NCBI GenBank assembly: GCA_036389995.1
Contig: DASWCR010000228.1
Location: 1 to 39,422 of the forward strand
Length of the DNA: 39,422 nucleotides
Reading direction: 5' to 3'
Origin: Candidatus Limnocylindria bacterium
GTDB lineage: Bacteria > Chloroflexota > Limnocylindria > P2-11E
Under the pieces are notes generated by a model that saw nothing but the letters and a program-made list of their open reading frames with translations, had not been told where the DNA came from and ran no database searches. The translations under genes and the position numbers were made by a program. Positions 31,824 to 39,422 of this stretch are shown here, in pieces. Each line of letters begins with the position of its first letter. Positions within the stretch are counted from its first letter, which is position 1.

Positions 31824-32780
31824 CTAATCCACTTTCAGCTTCGGATCCAGCGCGTCCCGCAGCCCGTCACCGAGGAAGTTGAAGCAGATGAGCGTCACCG
31901 CGAGCACGACCGCCGGAAAGAGCAGCTCGTGCGGGAACGCGCGCATGTTGCGGACCCCTTCGGCGATGAGGATGCCCCAGCTCGGAAGCGGCGGTCGCAC
32001 GCCCAACCCCAGGAAGGACAGTCCTGCCTCCGTGGCAATGGCGCCGGGTATGCCGAACGTGGCGGCGACGATCACCGGCGCGAGCGTGTTCGGAAGGAGG
32101 TGCCGGAAGATGATCCGCCCGTTCGCGGCTCCGGTCATCCGCGCAGCCTCGATGAACTCCTTCTCCTTGAGCGATAGGACCTGGCCGCGGACGAGACGCG
32201 CGACCGTGAGCCAGGAGACGAGGCCAAGCGCGATGAAGACCCCGAGCAGACCGCCTGTTATGCCGTCGAGGCTCCCGATGATCCCGAGGAGCGGCCCCTG
32301 CGGCTGGTCCAGCACCGCCCGCAAGTACGTAATCACCACGATGACGAGCAGCAGATTGGGGAAGGCTAGGAGCACATCGACCGTGCGCATGACCAGAACA
32401 TCGACCCAGCGGCCGAAGAATCCCGCCGCCAGACCGAGCGGCACGCCCACGACCAGCACGATGAGGACGTCCACGAGCGCGACGGCCAGCGAGATGCGAC
32501 TCCCGTAGATCAAGCGGCTGAGCTCGTCGCGGCCGAGGCCGTCCGTTCCGAAGAGATGCCCCGCGCCGGGCCCGAGGTCGGTGTTGTCGAGGTCCTGCTG
32601 CTGGAAGGGGAAAGGCGCCACGACGTTCGCGAAAACCGCGATGAGAAGCAAGAGGACGATGTACGCGAGGCTGACCACCGCGGCGCGGTTTTGCACGAGG
32701 CGGTGCCAGGCGTCGCGCCACAGGCTGGCCGGTCGGCGAATGGGGACCGGTGCGTCGAGGGTGGCGGCACTAGTGGTCAT
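31824..32780 (-). CDS. peptide/nickel ABC transporter permease (DppC/OppC-like)
   Basis: 318 aa. EAARMTGAANGRIIFRHLLPNTLAPVIV is the EAA loop of binding-protein-dependent permeases. The N-terminal region is typical of OppC. Confidence 0.9.
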   Translation of the reverse strand: MTTSAATLDAPVPIRRPASLWRDAWHRLVQNRAAVVSLAYIVLLLLIAVFANVVAPFPFQQQDLDNTDLGPGAGHLFGTDGLGRDELSRLIYGSRISLAVALVDVLIVLVVGVPLGLAAGFFGRWVDVLVMRTVDVLLAFPNLLLVIVVITYLRAVLDQPQGPLLGIIGSLDGITGGLLGVFIALGLVSWLTVARLVRGQVLSLKEKEFIEAARMTGAANGRIIFRHLLPNTLAPVIVAATFGIPGAIATEAGLSFLGLGVRPPLPSWGILIAEGVRNMRAFPHELLFPAVVLAVTLICFNFLGDGLRDALDPKLKVD

Positions 32781-33703
32781 CGGTACCGGATCCGCGGGTC
32801 GAGGAATCCGTATGAGAGGTCGACGAGAAGGTTCACGAGCGAGATGAGCAGCGCGAACACCAACACGATGCCGAGGAGCAACGGGTAGTCGCGGCCGCTC
32901 ACGCTATCGACGAACTGACGGCCAATCCCAGGCACGCTGTAGATCCGCTCCACGAAGAACGATGCGGTGATCACGTTCGCGAGCGTGACCCCGGCGACCG
33001 TGACCACTGGGATCAGCGCGTTCTTCATCGCGTGGCGAATCACCACGGCGGTCTCGGTCAGGCCTTTCGCGCGCGCCGTCCGGATGAAGTCCTGGCCATG
33101 AACCTCCAGGAGGCTCGACCGCGTGTAGCGCGCCAGGATCGCGGCCGGGCCAAGGCCGATCGCGAGGACCGGGATGATCGCGCGGGAGTCGAAGATCCCC
33201 TCCCAGCCGCCGGTCGGAAGCCACCCCAGCACGAGTGAGAAGAAGACGATCAGCAGCGACACGCGCACGAACGGCGGCGTCGCTATGCCGGTGACCGTGA
33301 TGAGCGACGACACGTAGTCGATCCACGTGTTGTGCTTCACCGCCGCGAGCGCTCCGAGCGGAACGCCCACGACGATCGCGAAGAGCATCGAGGCGAGGCC
33401 GAGCTGCGCCGAGACGGGCAGCGTGGCGGCGATGATCTCCGAGACCGAGCGCTCAACGCTGCGGTACGAGGGGCCGAAGTCACCGCGCAGCACGTTCGCG
33501 AGGTAGTCGATGTACTGCTTCGGAAGTGGATCGTCGAGGTGGTACTGGCGGGCGAGGTTCTCCTTGACCGCAGCGGGCAGCGGCTTGTCGCTCTCGTCCC
33601 AGGGGCTCCCGGGCGTCGCGTGGACGAGGATGAACGTGAGCGTGAACACCACGAAGAGGCTGGGAAGGACCCAGAGGAGCCGCCGCAGAACGTAGGTCGT
33701 CAT
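32777..33703 (-). CDS. peptide/nickel ABC transporter permease (DppB/OppB-like)
   Basis: 308 aa. MTTYVLRRLLWVLPSLFVVFTLTFILVHATPGSP is the canonical OppB/DppB N-terminus. EAA-type loop: DFIRTARAKGLTETAVVIRHAMKNALIPVVT. Confidence 0.9.
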   Translation of the reverse strand: MTTYVLRRLLWVLPSLFVVFTLTFILVHATPGSPWDESDKPLPAAVKENLARQYHLDDPLPKQYIDYLANVLRGDFGPSYRSVERSVSEIIAATLPVSAQLGLASMLFAIVVGVPLGALAAVKHNTWIDYVSSLITVTGIATPPFVRVSLLIVFFSLVLGWLPTGGWEGIFDSRAIIPVLAIGLGPAAILARYTRSSLLEVHGQDFIRTARAKGLTETAVVIRHAMKNALIPVVTVAGVTLANVITASFFVERIYSVPGIGRQFVDSVSGRDYPLLLGIVLVFALLISLVNLLVDLSYGFLDPRIRYR

Positions 33704-33762
33704 CTGGTCACACCGGGTGAGGCGGAGGCCGGTCCGCTCTTATGCCGGCCTCCGCCATAGCA

Positions 33763-35388
33763 CTACTTGTTGACCTTAACCAGGTAGCCCTGGATGCGTC
33801 CGAGCACCCGGTAGTGGTTGAGCCCCTGGATGTACGGCTTGATCAGGTCGAAGCGCGCCCAGTGGTAGACGGTGATGTAGGGCGCCTCAGTATTGATGAT
33901 CTTGTCGGCGCTCTCGTACGTGGTCCTGCGCTTCGCCACGTCGTTCTCTTTCAGTCCCTGGCCGACGAGGTTGTCGAACTCGGTGTTCTTCCAGTGCGCG
34001 TAGAAGAAGTCGGCCTTCGAATCGAAGAGCAGGTTGTACCAGTTGTTCGGGTCCTCGTAGTCCGATCCCCAGCCGCTCACATACATGTTGAAGGGCTGGT
34101 CCTTCCGCGTCGTCCGCCAGTTGTCAAAGGCCTTGTCCTCCATCGGCTCGAGCACGATGTCGATGCCGAGGTTGGACTTCCAGATCCCCTGCACGGCCTC
34201 GGCGATGGCCTTCGTCTCAGCGGCGCCGCTCGCGAATGTGAACTTCACGTTCGCCGGCCAGCCCTTCCCGTCGGGATATCCCGCCTCGGAGAGCAGCTGC
34301 TTTGCCTTGGCCACGTCGAAGCCGAGGGCGTTCTCCTTCTTCTGCCCCGGTATGCCCGGCGCCACGATGGAGACCGCGTTGAAGTACGCGTCCTTGAGAA
34401 CGACCTCGTTCAAACGCTTGGTGTCGGTTGCCATGGAGAGGGCCTGCCGCACCTTGACGTTGTTCAAAGGCGCGTTGGTCGTGTCAAGGATGATCCACTG
34501 CGAGCCCTGCCGCTCGAACTTCTTGATCTCCTTGCTCAGCGTCGCGTCGGCCTTCGCGCGCGTGATGTCCGCCCCGACGAGCACCGCTCGGTCGATCTCG
34601 CCCGCTTCGTAGGCGATGACCGACTTCGTCGCGACGTCGTCGTAGAGCGTCCAGACGATCGTGTCGGGGCCGTTGTTCTCGCCCCAGTAATTCGGGTTCT
34701 TCTCGACGGTCATGCTCTGCTCGGGCTTCCACTCGACGAGCCGGTAGTGGCCGTTCGAGATGTAGGTGTCCTTCGTGAGCGTCCACTTGTCGGCGTTCTT
34801 GTCGATCGTGTCCTTGCGGACCGGGTACGCCGTCCACGTCGCCGCGAGATGCATGAAGAACGGGGCCGGCCGCTCGAGCGTGACCACGAGCGTCCGGTCG
34901 TCCGTGGCCTTGACGGCCATTCCATCGGCGGTGCCTTTGCCGGTGCCGAATGCCTCTGCTCCCTTGACCGGCCACAGTGTCTGCGCGTAGCGCGACTTCG
35001 TCGCCGGGTCGGTCGCGCGCTTCCAGGCGTACTCGAAGTCCGACGCCTTGAGCGCCTGACCGTCGGACCATTTGAGGCCCGACCGAAGGTTGAACGTGTA
35101 CGTGAGACCGTCCGGCGAGATCGTCCATTTCTCCGCCTGGCCCGGTTTGATCTCACCAGAGACCTGATCGACGTACGCGAGCCCCTCGAACGTGTTCTGG
35201 ATCTGCTCGAGGCCCGCGCCGCCCGAGCTGATGCCGGGATCCATGGTGTTCACGATCTTCGCGGCCTCCGGTAGCCGCAGCGTGGTCAGTTTCGCCGCGC
35301 CTGACGGACTCGGCGTGCCCGAGCTCGTCGGGGTGCATGCGGCAACAGCCAAGACGACCAATAGCGAAAACGCGACCAGCTTCCTCAT
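33763..35388 (-). CDS. ABC transporter substrate-binding lipoprotein, family 5 (oligo/dipeptide type)
   Basis: Start moved to the ATG at complement 35386-35388 (AAGGAG RBS). MRKLVAFSLLVVLAVAAC contains a lipobox. The body shows family-5 SBP features (WTISPDGLTYTFNLRSGLKWSDGQAL, YRLVEWKPEQSMTVEKNPNYWG). Confidence 0.9.
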   Translation of the reverse strand: MRKLVAFSLLVVLAVAACTPTSSGTPSPSGAAKLTTLRLPEAAKIVNTMDPGISSGGAGLEQIQNTFEGLAYVDQVSGEIKPGQAEKWTISPDGLTYTFNLRSGLKWSDGQALKASDFEYAWKRATDPATKSRYAQTLWPVKGAEAFGTGKGTADGMAVKATDDRTLVVTLERPAPFFMHLAATWTAYPVRKDTIDKNADKWTLTKDTYISNGHYRLVEWKPEQSMTVEKNPNYWGENNGPDTIVWTLYDDVATKSVIAYEAGEIDRAVLVGADITRAKADATLSKEIKKFERQGSQWIILDTTNAPLNNVKVRQALSMATDTKRLNEVVLKDAYFNAVSIVAPGIPGQKKENALGFDVAKAKQLLSEAGYPDGKGWPANVKFTFASGAAETKAIAEAVQGIWKSNLGIDIVLEPMEDKAFDNWRTTRKDQPFNMYVSGWGSDYEDPNNWYNLLFDSKADFFYAHWKNTEFDNLVGQGLKENDVAKRRTTYESADKIINTEAPYITVYHWARFDLIKPYIQGLNHYRVLGRIQGYLVKVNK

Positions 35389-35580
35389 TGTTGTGCTCCT
35401 TGCGGGAATCTCCGCCCCCAACGCCGGAAGGATAACGACGCGTGAAAGCGCGCCCGCGGGACCGACTAGACTCGCCCTCGATGACGCGCCACCGAGGGTC
35501 CTCGTACCGAATCCCGCGTTAGCCGGCGCAGCTGCGCCGGCGATTCTGCCGCGCCTCAATATGACCCTCGGAGTTCAGTG

Positions 35581-37299
35581 ATGAGACAGTCGAAGCTCTT
35601 TGGCCGCACCCTACGCGAAGCGCCCGCGGAAGCTCAGACGCCCGGGCACCGCCTCATGCTGCGCGCCGCGATCGCGAAGCCACTCGCTGCGGGGCTGTAC
35701 ACATGGCTGCCCCTCGGCTTCCGCGTCGCGAAGAAGGTCGAGCAGATCATCCGCGAAGAGCAGGACCGGATCGGCGCCCAGGAGATGGAGATGCCGGTCC
35801 TGACACCGGCCGACCCATGGAAGCAGACCGGCCGGTGGGAAATGCTCGAGCCGATCACCTTCCGCACGACCGACCACAACGGCCGTGAGTTCATGGTGAG
35901 CTACACGCACGAAGAGTTCGTGCATCTCCACGCGATGCAGGAGATCCAGAGCTACAGGCAGATGCCGCAGATCGTCTACCACTTCCAGTCGAAGGGACGC
36001 GACGAGGCGCGGCCGCGCGCGGGCTTGCTTCGCGTGCGCGAGTTCGTCATGAAGGACGCGTACAGCTTCGATGTCGACCAGGCCGGCCTCGAGAAGAGCT
36101 ACGCCGCCGAGTACGGGGCTTACGAGCGAACGTTCAAGCGGATGGGGCTCGATGCGATCAGCGTCGAGTCCGATACAGGCGCCATGGGCGGTGACGTCGC
36201 GCACGAATTCCAGGTGCTCACTGAGGTAGGGGAGGACCGCATCGCTATCTGCGCGAACTGCGATTACCGCGCGAACCTGGAAAAGGCGACCCGTCACATG
36301 GAAGGCCAGCGAGCGCGGGCCGACGTCGTCCCGGCTCCGACTCAGATCGCGACGCCTGGTACGGAGAGCATCGAGGCGCTCGAGGCCTCGCTGAATCAGC
36401 CCAAACACGCCTTCCTGAAGACGCTCTTGTTCCGCGATCAATCAGGCAAGGTCGTCGCGGTCGTGCTGCCGGGCGACCGTGACGTCAACGAGGCGAAGCT
36501 TCGCAAGACTCTCGCGACCGGCGAGGTCAAGTTCGCGAGCGATGCCGATTTCGCGGCCGCTGGAGCGGTCCGAGGCTACATCGGCCCGGTCGGCCTCAAA
36601 GCGCGAGTCCTCGTGGACACCGGCGTGGGCGGCGGCGGGTATACCGCGGGCGCGAACAAGAAGGACGCGCATCTCCGCGATGTCGTCCTCGGCCGCGACT
36701 TCCAGGGCGAGCGTGTCGATGCCTCGGACGTGCGTGAGGGCGACGTCTGCCCCAAATGCAAAGTCGGAAGGCTCACGATCAAGCGCGGGGTTGAGGTGGG
36801 AAACATCTTCGCCTACGGCACGTATTACTCGGACAAAATGAACGCCACTTTCGTCGATGAGGATGGCACGCGCAGGCCGTTCTTCGGCGGCAGCTATGGC
36901 ATCGGAGTCGGTAGAGCGGTCCAGACGATCATCGAGACACACCATGACGACAAGGGAATCATCTGGCCGCCCCAGGTCGCGCCCTTCGACGTGCATGTAT
37001 TGGCTCTGCCGGTGAACGACGATGCGGTACGCGCGGCGGCCGAGAAGCTTGTCGCCGATCTCGAGAGCCGCGGCCTAGACGTGCTCTACGACGACCGCAA
37101 CGAGAGCGCAGGAGTGAAGCTCGCCGATTCGGACTTGATCGGAATTCCGATCAGAGCGACCGTGAGTAAGCGCAATCTCGCCGAAGACAAAATCGAGATA
37201 AAGCAGCGCCACGTGGCCGAGCCGCTGATGGTGAAGTCACTCGAAGCCGTCTCGTGTATCGAGACGTTCGACGCCGAGAAACTCAAATGGCGAGGGTGA
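35581..37299 (+). CDS. proS: proline--tRNA ligase (bacterial type with editing insertion)
   Basis: [30 protein letters not shown]..., [11 protein letters not shown] (motif 2 region), GSYGIGVGR (motif 3). ATG 35581 is preferred over GTG 35578. Confidence 0.95.
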   Translation: MRQSKLFGRTLREAPAEAQTPGHRLMLRAAIAKPLAAGLYTWLPLGFRVAKKVEQIIREEQDRIGAQEMEMPVLTPADPWKQTGRWEMLEPITFRTTDHNGREFMVSYTHEEFVHLHAMQEIQSYRQMPQIVYHFQSKGRDEARPRAGLLRVREFVMKDAYSFDVDQAGLEKSYAAEYGAYERTFKRMGLDAISVESDTGAMGGDVAHEFQVLTEVGEDRIAICANCDYRANLEKATRHMEGQRARADVVPAPTQIATPGTESIEALEASLNQPKHAFLKTLLFRDQSGKVVAVVLPGDRDVNEAKLRKTLATGEVKFASDADFAAAGAVRGYIGPVGLKARVLVDTGVGGGGYTAGANKKDAHLRDVVLGRDFQGERVDASDVREGDVCPKCKVGRLTIKRGVEVGNIFAYGTYYSDKMNATFVDEDGTRRPFFGGSYGIGVGRAVQTIIETHHDDKGIIWPPQVAPFDVHVLALPVNDDAVRAAAEKLVADLESRGLDVLYDDRNESAGVKLADSDLIGIPIRATVSKRNLAEDKIEIKQRHVAEPLMVKSLEAVSCIETFDAEKLKWRG

Positions 37300-38339
37300 C
37301 CAAGGCGCGTGAAGCCGCACCGACGGCCTTGCCCGGCGAGGAGCGCTCGCTCGAGGCCTCGCTGCGGCCACAGCGCCTCTCCGACGATGAATACATCAAC
37401 CAGGACAAGGTCAAAGGGCAGCTTCGCATCATCATCGAAGCCGCGAAAGCACGCCGCGAGACCCTCGAGCACATCGCCCTTTACGGTCCCCCGGGAGTGG
37501 GGAAGACCTCACTGGCGAATGTGATCGCGCACGAGCTCGGCGTGCCGATAAAGATCACGAGCGGCCCGGCCATAGAACGCGCGGGCGATCTCGCGGCGAT
37601 CCTCACGAATCTCGAGAACGGCGCCGTGCTGTTCATCGACGAGGTGCACCGCCTCCCGCGGGTGGTCGAGGAAGTCCTCTATCCAGCGATGGAAGAGTTC
37701 CATCTCGACATCATCCTTGGGAAGGGCCCGGGCGCGCGCACACTGCGGCTGCCATTGCCGCGCTTCACGCTCGTCGGTGCGACGACGCGCATCGGCCGTC
37801 TCTCCGCGCCGCTTCGCGATCGGTTCGGGGCGATCTACCACCTCGATCTTTTCAAACCCGAAGCACTGGAGCGGGTCGTGCGCCGATCCGCGCGCATCCT
37901 CAAGGTCGAGATCGACTCCGCGGCAGCGCATGAGATCGCCCTGCGCGCGCGAGGAACACCGCGGATCGCGAACCGCTGGCTGAAACGGGTGCGCGACTAC
38001 GCCCAGGTGCGCCACGACGGCAACGTCACCCTGCCTGTCGCGCGTGAAGCGCTCGCCGCACTCGAGGTGGACGATGCGGGCCTCGATGACCGCGACCGCA
38101 GTCTCCTCCGGGCGATCACGGACAAGTTCGGCGGCGGTCCGGTCGGGCTCGAGACACTCGCTGCCGCCGTGAGCGAGGACGCCGAGACGATCGAGGACGT
38201 GTACGAGCCGTACCTCCTGCAGGAGGGGTACCTCAAGCGCACCCCCCGCGGCCGCGTCGCGACGGAACGCACCTACCGGCACCTCGGCGTGGACGTGCCG
38301 AAGAACGGCACGCTCTGGGACGGGCATCAAGGGGAGTGA
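37287..38339 (+). CDS. ruvB: Holliday junction branch migration DNA helicase RuvB
   Basis: Start at ATG 37287, overlapping the proS 3' end by 13 nt. [17 protein letters not shown] (Walker A), LFIDEVHRL (Walker B), [44 protein letters not shown]. Confidence 0.95.
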   Translation: MARVTKAREAAPTALPGEERSLEASLRPQRLSDDEYINQDKVKGQLRIIIEAAKARRETLEHIALYGPPGVGKTSLANVIAHELGVPIKITSGPAIERAGDLAAILTNLENGAVLFIDEVHRLPRVVEEVLYPAMEEFHLDIILGKGPGARTLRLPLPRFTLVGATTRIGRLSAPLRDRFGAIYHLDLFKPEALERVVRRSARILKVEIDSAAAHEIALRARGTPRIANRWLKRVRDYAQVRHDGNVTLPVAREALAALEVDDAGLDDRDRSLLRAITDKFGGGPVGLETLAAAVSEDAETIEDVYEPYLLQEGYLKRTPRGRVATERTYRHLGVDVPKNGTLWDGHQGE

Positions 38340-39085
38340 AGCGCTTCGAGCTGGAGCGCGCGATCAGAGAGAACGAGCTCGTCCTGCACTACCAGCCGAT
38401 GGTCGGAGTGCCAAGTCGCCGGCTCACCGGTGTCGAGGCGCTGGTGCGTTGGCGCCACCCCGAGCGCGGTCTCGTCTCTCCGCTCGAGTTCATCCCCGAG
38501 GCGGAGGCGACCGGACTTATCCGGCGGCTCACGTTCTGGGTCCTTCGGGAGGCGCTCCTCCAGGGGAACGTGTGGCGACGGGACGGCTCAACGCTCACCG
38601 TCGCGGTGAACCTGTCGGTCGACAACCTTCATGACACGCACTTCCGCCGCTACACCGAGCTCACCCTGAAGGTCGCCGGCGGACCCGAGCACTTGATCAT
38701 GGAGGTCTCGTCGCGCGCGCTCGCGCGCGACCCCGATCCGCCGATACCGATCCTCGAGCTCATGCGCGCCAAGGGGATCCGCGTCACGCTCGACGACGCG
38801 ACCGATGAGGACGCGCATGTTCTCGAGAGGTTTCCCGTCGACATAGTCAAAGTGAGCCGCACGCTGATTACGCGGATGGGACGAGACCACCGCGCGCTTG
38901 AGTATGTCCGCGCGGTTGTCAGTGCGGCGCGGGGGCGTGGGCTCGAAGTGATCGCAGTCGGCGTCGAAGACGAGGAGACATGGCAGCGACTGAGCGAGCT
39001 TGGATTCTCCGGCGCGCAGGGCTTCCTGATCGCGGCACCGATGCCACCTTCTCAACTAAGTGAGTGGCGTGCGACGAGGGTGTGA
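38336..39085 (+). CDS. stand-alone EAL-domain protein (c-di-GMP phosphodiesterase family, several catalytic positions substituted)
   Basis: 249 aa, GTGA overlap with the ruvB stop. LHYQPMV...[33 protein letters not shown] is the EAL signature region. Later blocks: [51 protein letters not shown]. Confidence 0.85.
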   Translation: MKRFELERAIRENELVLHYQPMVGVPSRRLTGVEALVRWRHPERGLVSPLEFIPEAEATGLIRRLTFWVLREALLQGNVWRRDGSTLTVAVNLSVDNLHDTHFRRYTELTLKVAGGPEHLIMEVSSRALARDPDPPIPILELMRAKGIRVTLDDATDEDAHVLERFPVDIVKVSRTLITRMGRDHRALEYVRAVVSAARGRGLEVIAVGVEDEETWQRLSELGFSGAQGFLIAAPMPPSQLSEWRATRV

Positions 39086-39099
39086 CGCGCCGGAATGAT

Positions 39100-39240
39100 G
39101 CGGCGGCGGGTGGCACGGGGGAGCGGGTTGCGCGCGAGCCGTTGACCGGCCGCGTCGCTGGCGGACCGTTCGTAATGCCGGGGCAGCGGACCGGTAGGCG
39201 AGCGCGCGGCCCCGACCCCGGGACAGGACCCGCCGCCGCA
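39100..39240 (-). repeat. copy 2 (inverted orientation) of the ~140-nt long-hairpin element
   Basis: 13-bp perfect basal stem TGCGGCGGCGGGT (39100-39112) / ACCCGCCGCCGCA (39228-39240). The inner arms match the reverse complement of copy 1 almost base for base. The apex (about 39155-39190) is unrelated to that of copy 1. Confidence 0.7.
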
Positions 39241-39422
39241 CGGGCCTGCCGGAACCGGCATGGAACTGTCCAGGTCGCTGCCCCGTATATGAACTTAAGG
39301 TCTTCCTACGTTGTTCTTTAGGAAGCCCTGATACTCAGTAGTGGCGGCCGCGGAAACTCAACGAAGAGGGGTAAGCAGCACGGTGGAGAAAGCTCTCGCG
39401 GCGAAGGTCAACGGCGTGGTCG

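Noticed and set aside
33742-35274. 510-aa ORF antisense to the substrate-binding protein gene
   Set aside because: Same artefact. The minus-strand product has a lipobox and family-5 SBP blocks, while the plus-strand product has none.
19265-39240. Hairpin elements as integron attC sites or retron msr/msd
   Set aside because: No integrase or reverse transcriptase gene is present in the window. The element lacks the RYYYAAC/GTTRRRY attC ends, and the inner arms are sequence-conserved rather than only structure-conserved.
39383-39422. Possible start of the next gene (GTG GAG AAA GCT CTC GCG GCG AAG GTC AAC GGC GTG GTC)
   Set aside because: Only 13 codons are visible and the RBS is weak, so this is not enough to call a CDS or a product.
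1-39422. Search for CRISPR arrays, tRNA/rRNA genes, transposases, integrases and phage genes
   Set aside because: No short direct-repeat/spacer periodicity, no T-loop-like GGTTCGAATCC-type sequences in the spacers, and no transposase- or integrase-like ORFs were found by eye. A tRNAscan or Infernal run would be needed for certainty.

Overview
GC-rich bacterial chromosomal window with strong GC3 codon bias and frequent GTG/TTG starts. Gene order and protein N-termini resemble Actinomycetota/Chloroflexota-like lineages (inference only). No rRNA, tRNA, CRISPR array, transposase or integrase was recognised.

The backbone is housekeeping:
- aroA (partial).
- An NfeD-SPFH membrane pair.
- Glutamate dehydrogenase.
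- An exonuclease-fused DinG helicase.
- The classical translation/isoprenoid block rpsB-tsf-pyrH-frr-uppS-cdsA-dxr-rseP ... ispG ... proS-ruvB. This block is interrupted twice by accessory genes: a VOC protein, a three-gene ABC-2 exporter and vapBC in one gap; a pentapeptide protein and an ATPase-less peptide ABC importer with a LysM protein in the other.

Most interesting stretches:
1. A ~6 kb block (13.3-19.2 kb) made only of surface or secreted proteins of unknown family. It holds a 50-codon Flp-type pilin missing from the ORF track, a duplicated small secreted-protein cassette with matching terminators, a 714-aa Cys-rich exoprotein with tandem Ig-like repeats, an atypical orphan LuxR regulator and a 132-aa unknown. 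No tad or sortase machinery lies nearby.
2. Two perfect GAAC-N4-GTTC (LexA/Cheo-type) boxes 20 bp apart, in front of a 189-aa ATP-dependent-ligase-like protein whose KxDG catalytic motif is degenerate.
3. A ~140-nt long-hairpin element present twice in inverted orientation (19.3 kb and 39.1 kb). Its arms are nearly identical, its apex is divergent, and four compensatory base-pair changes occur in the basal stem.

Many long ORFs in the track are antisense or out-of-frame artefacts of the GC-rich coding sequence and were rejected.
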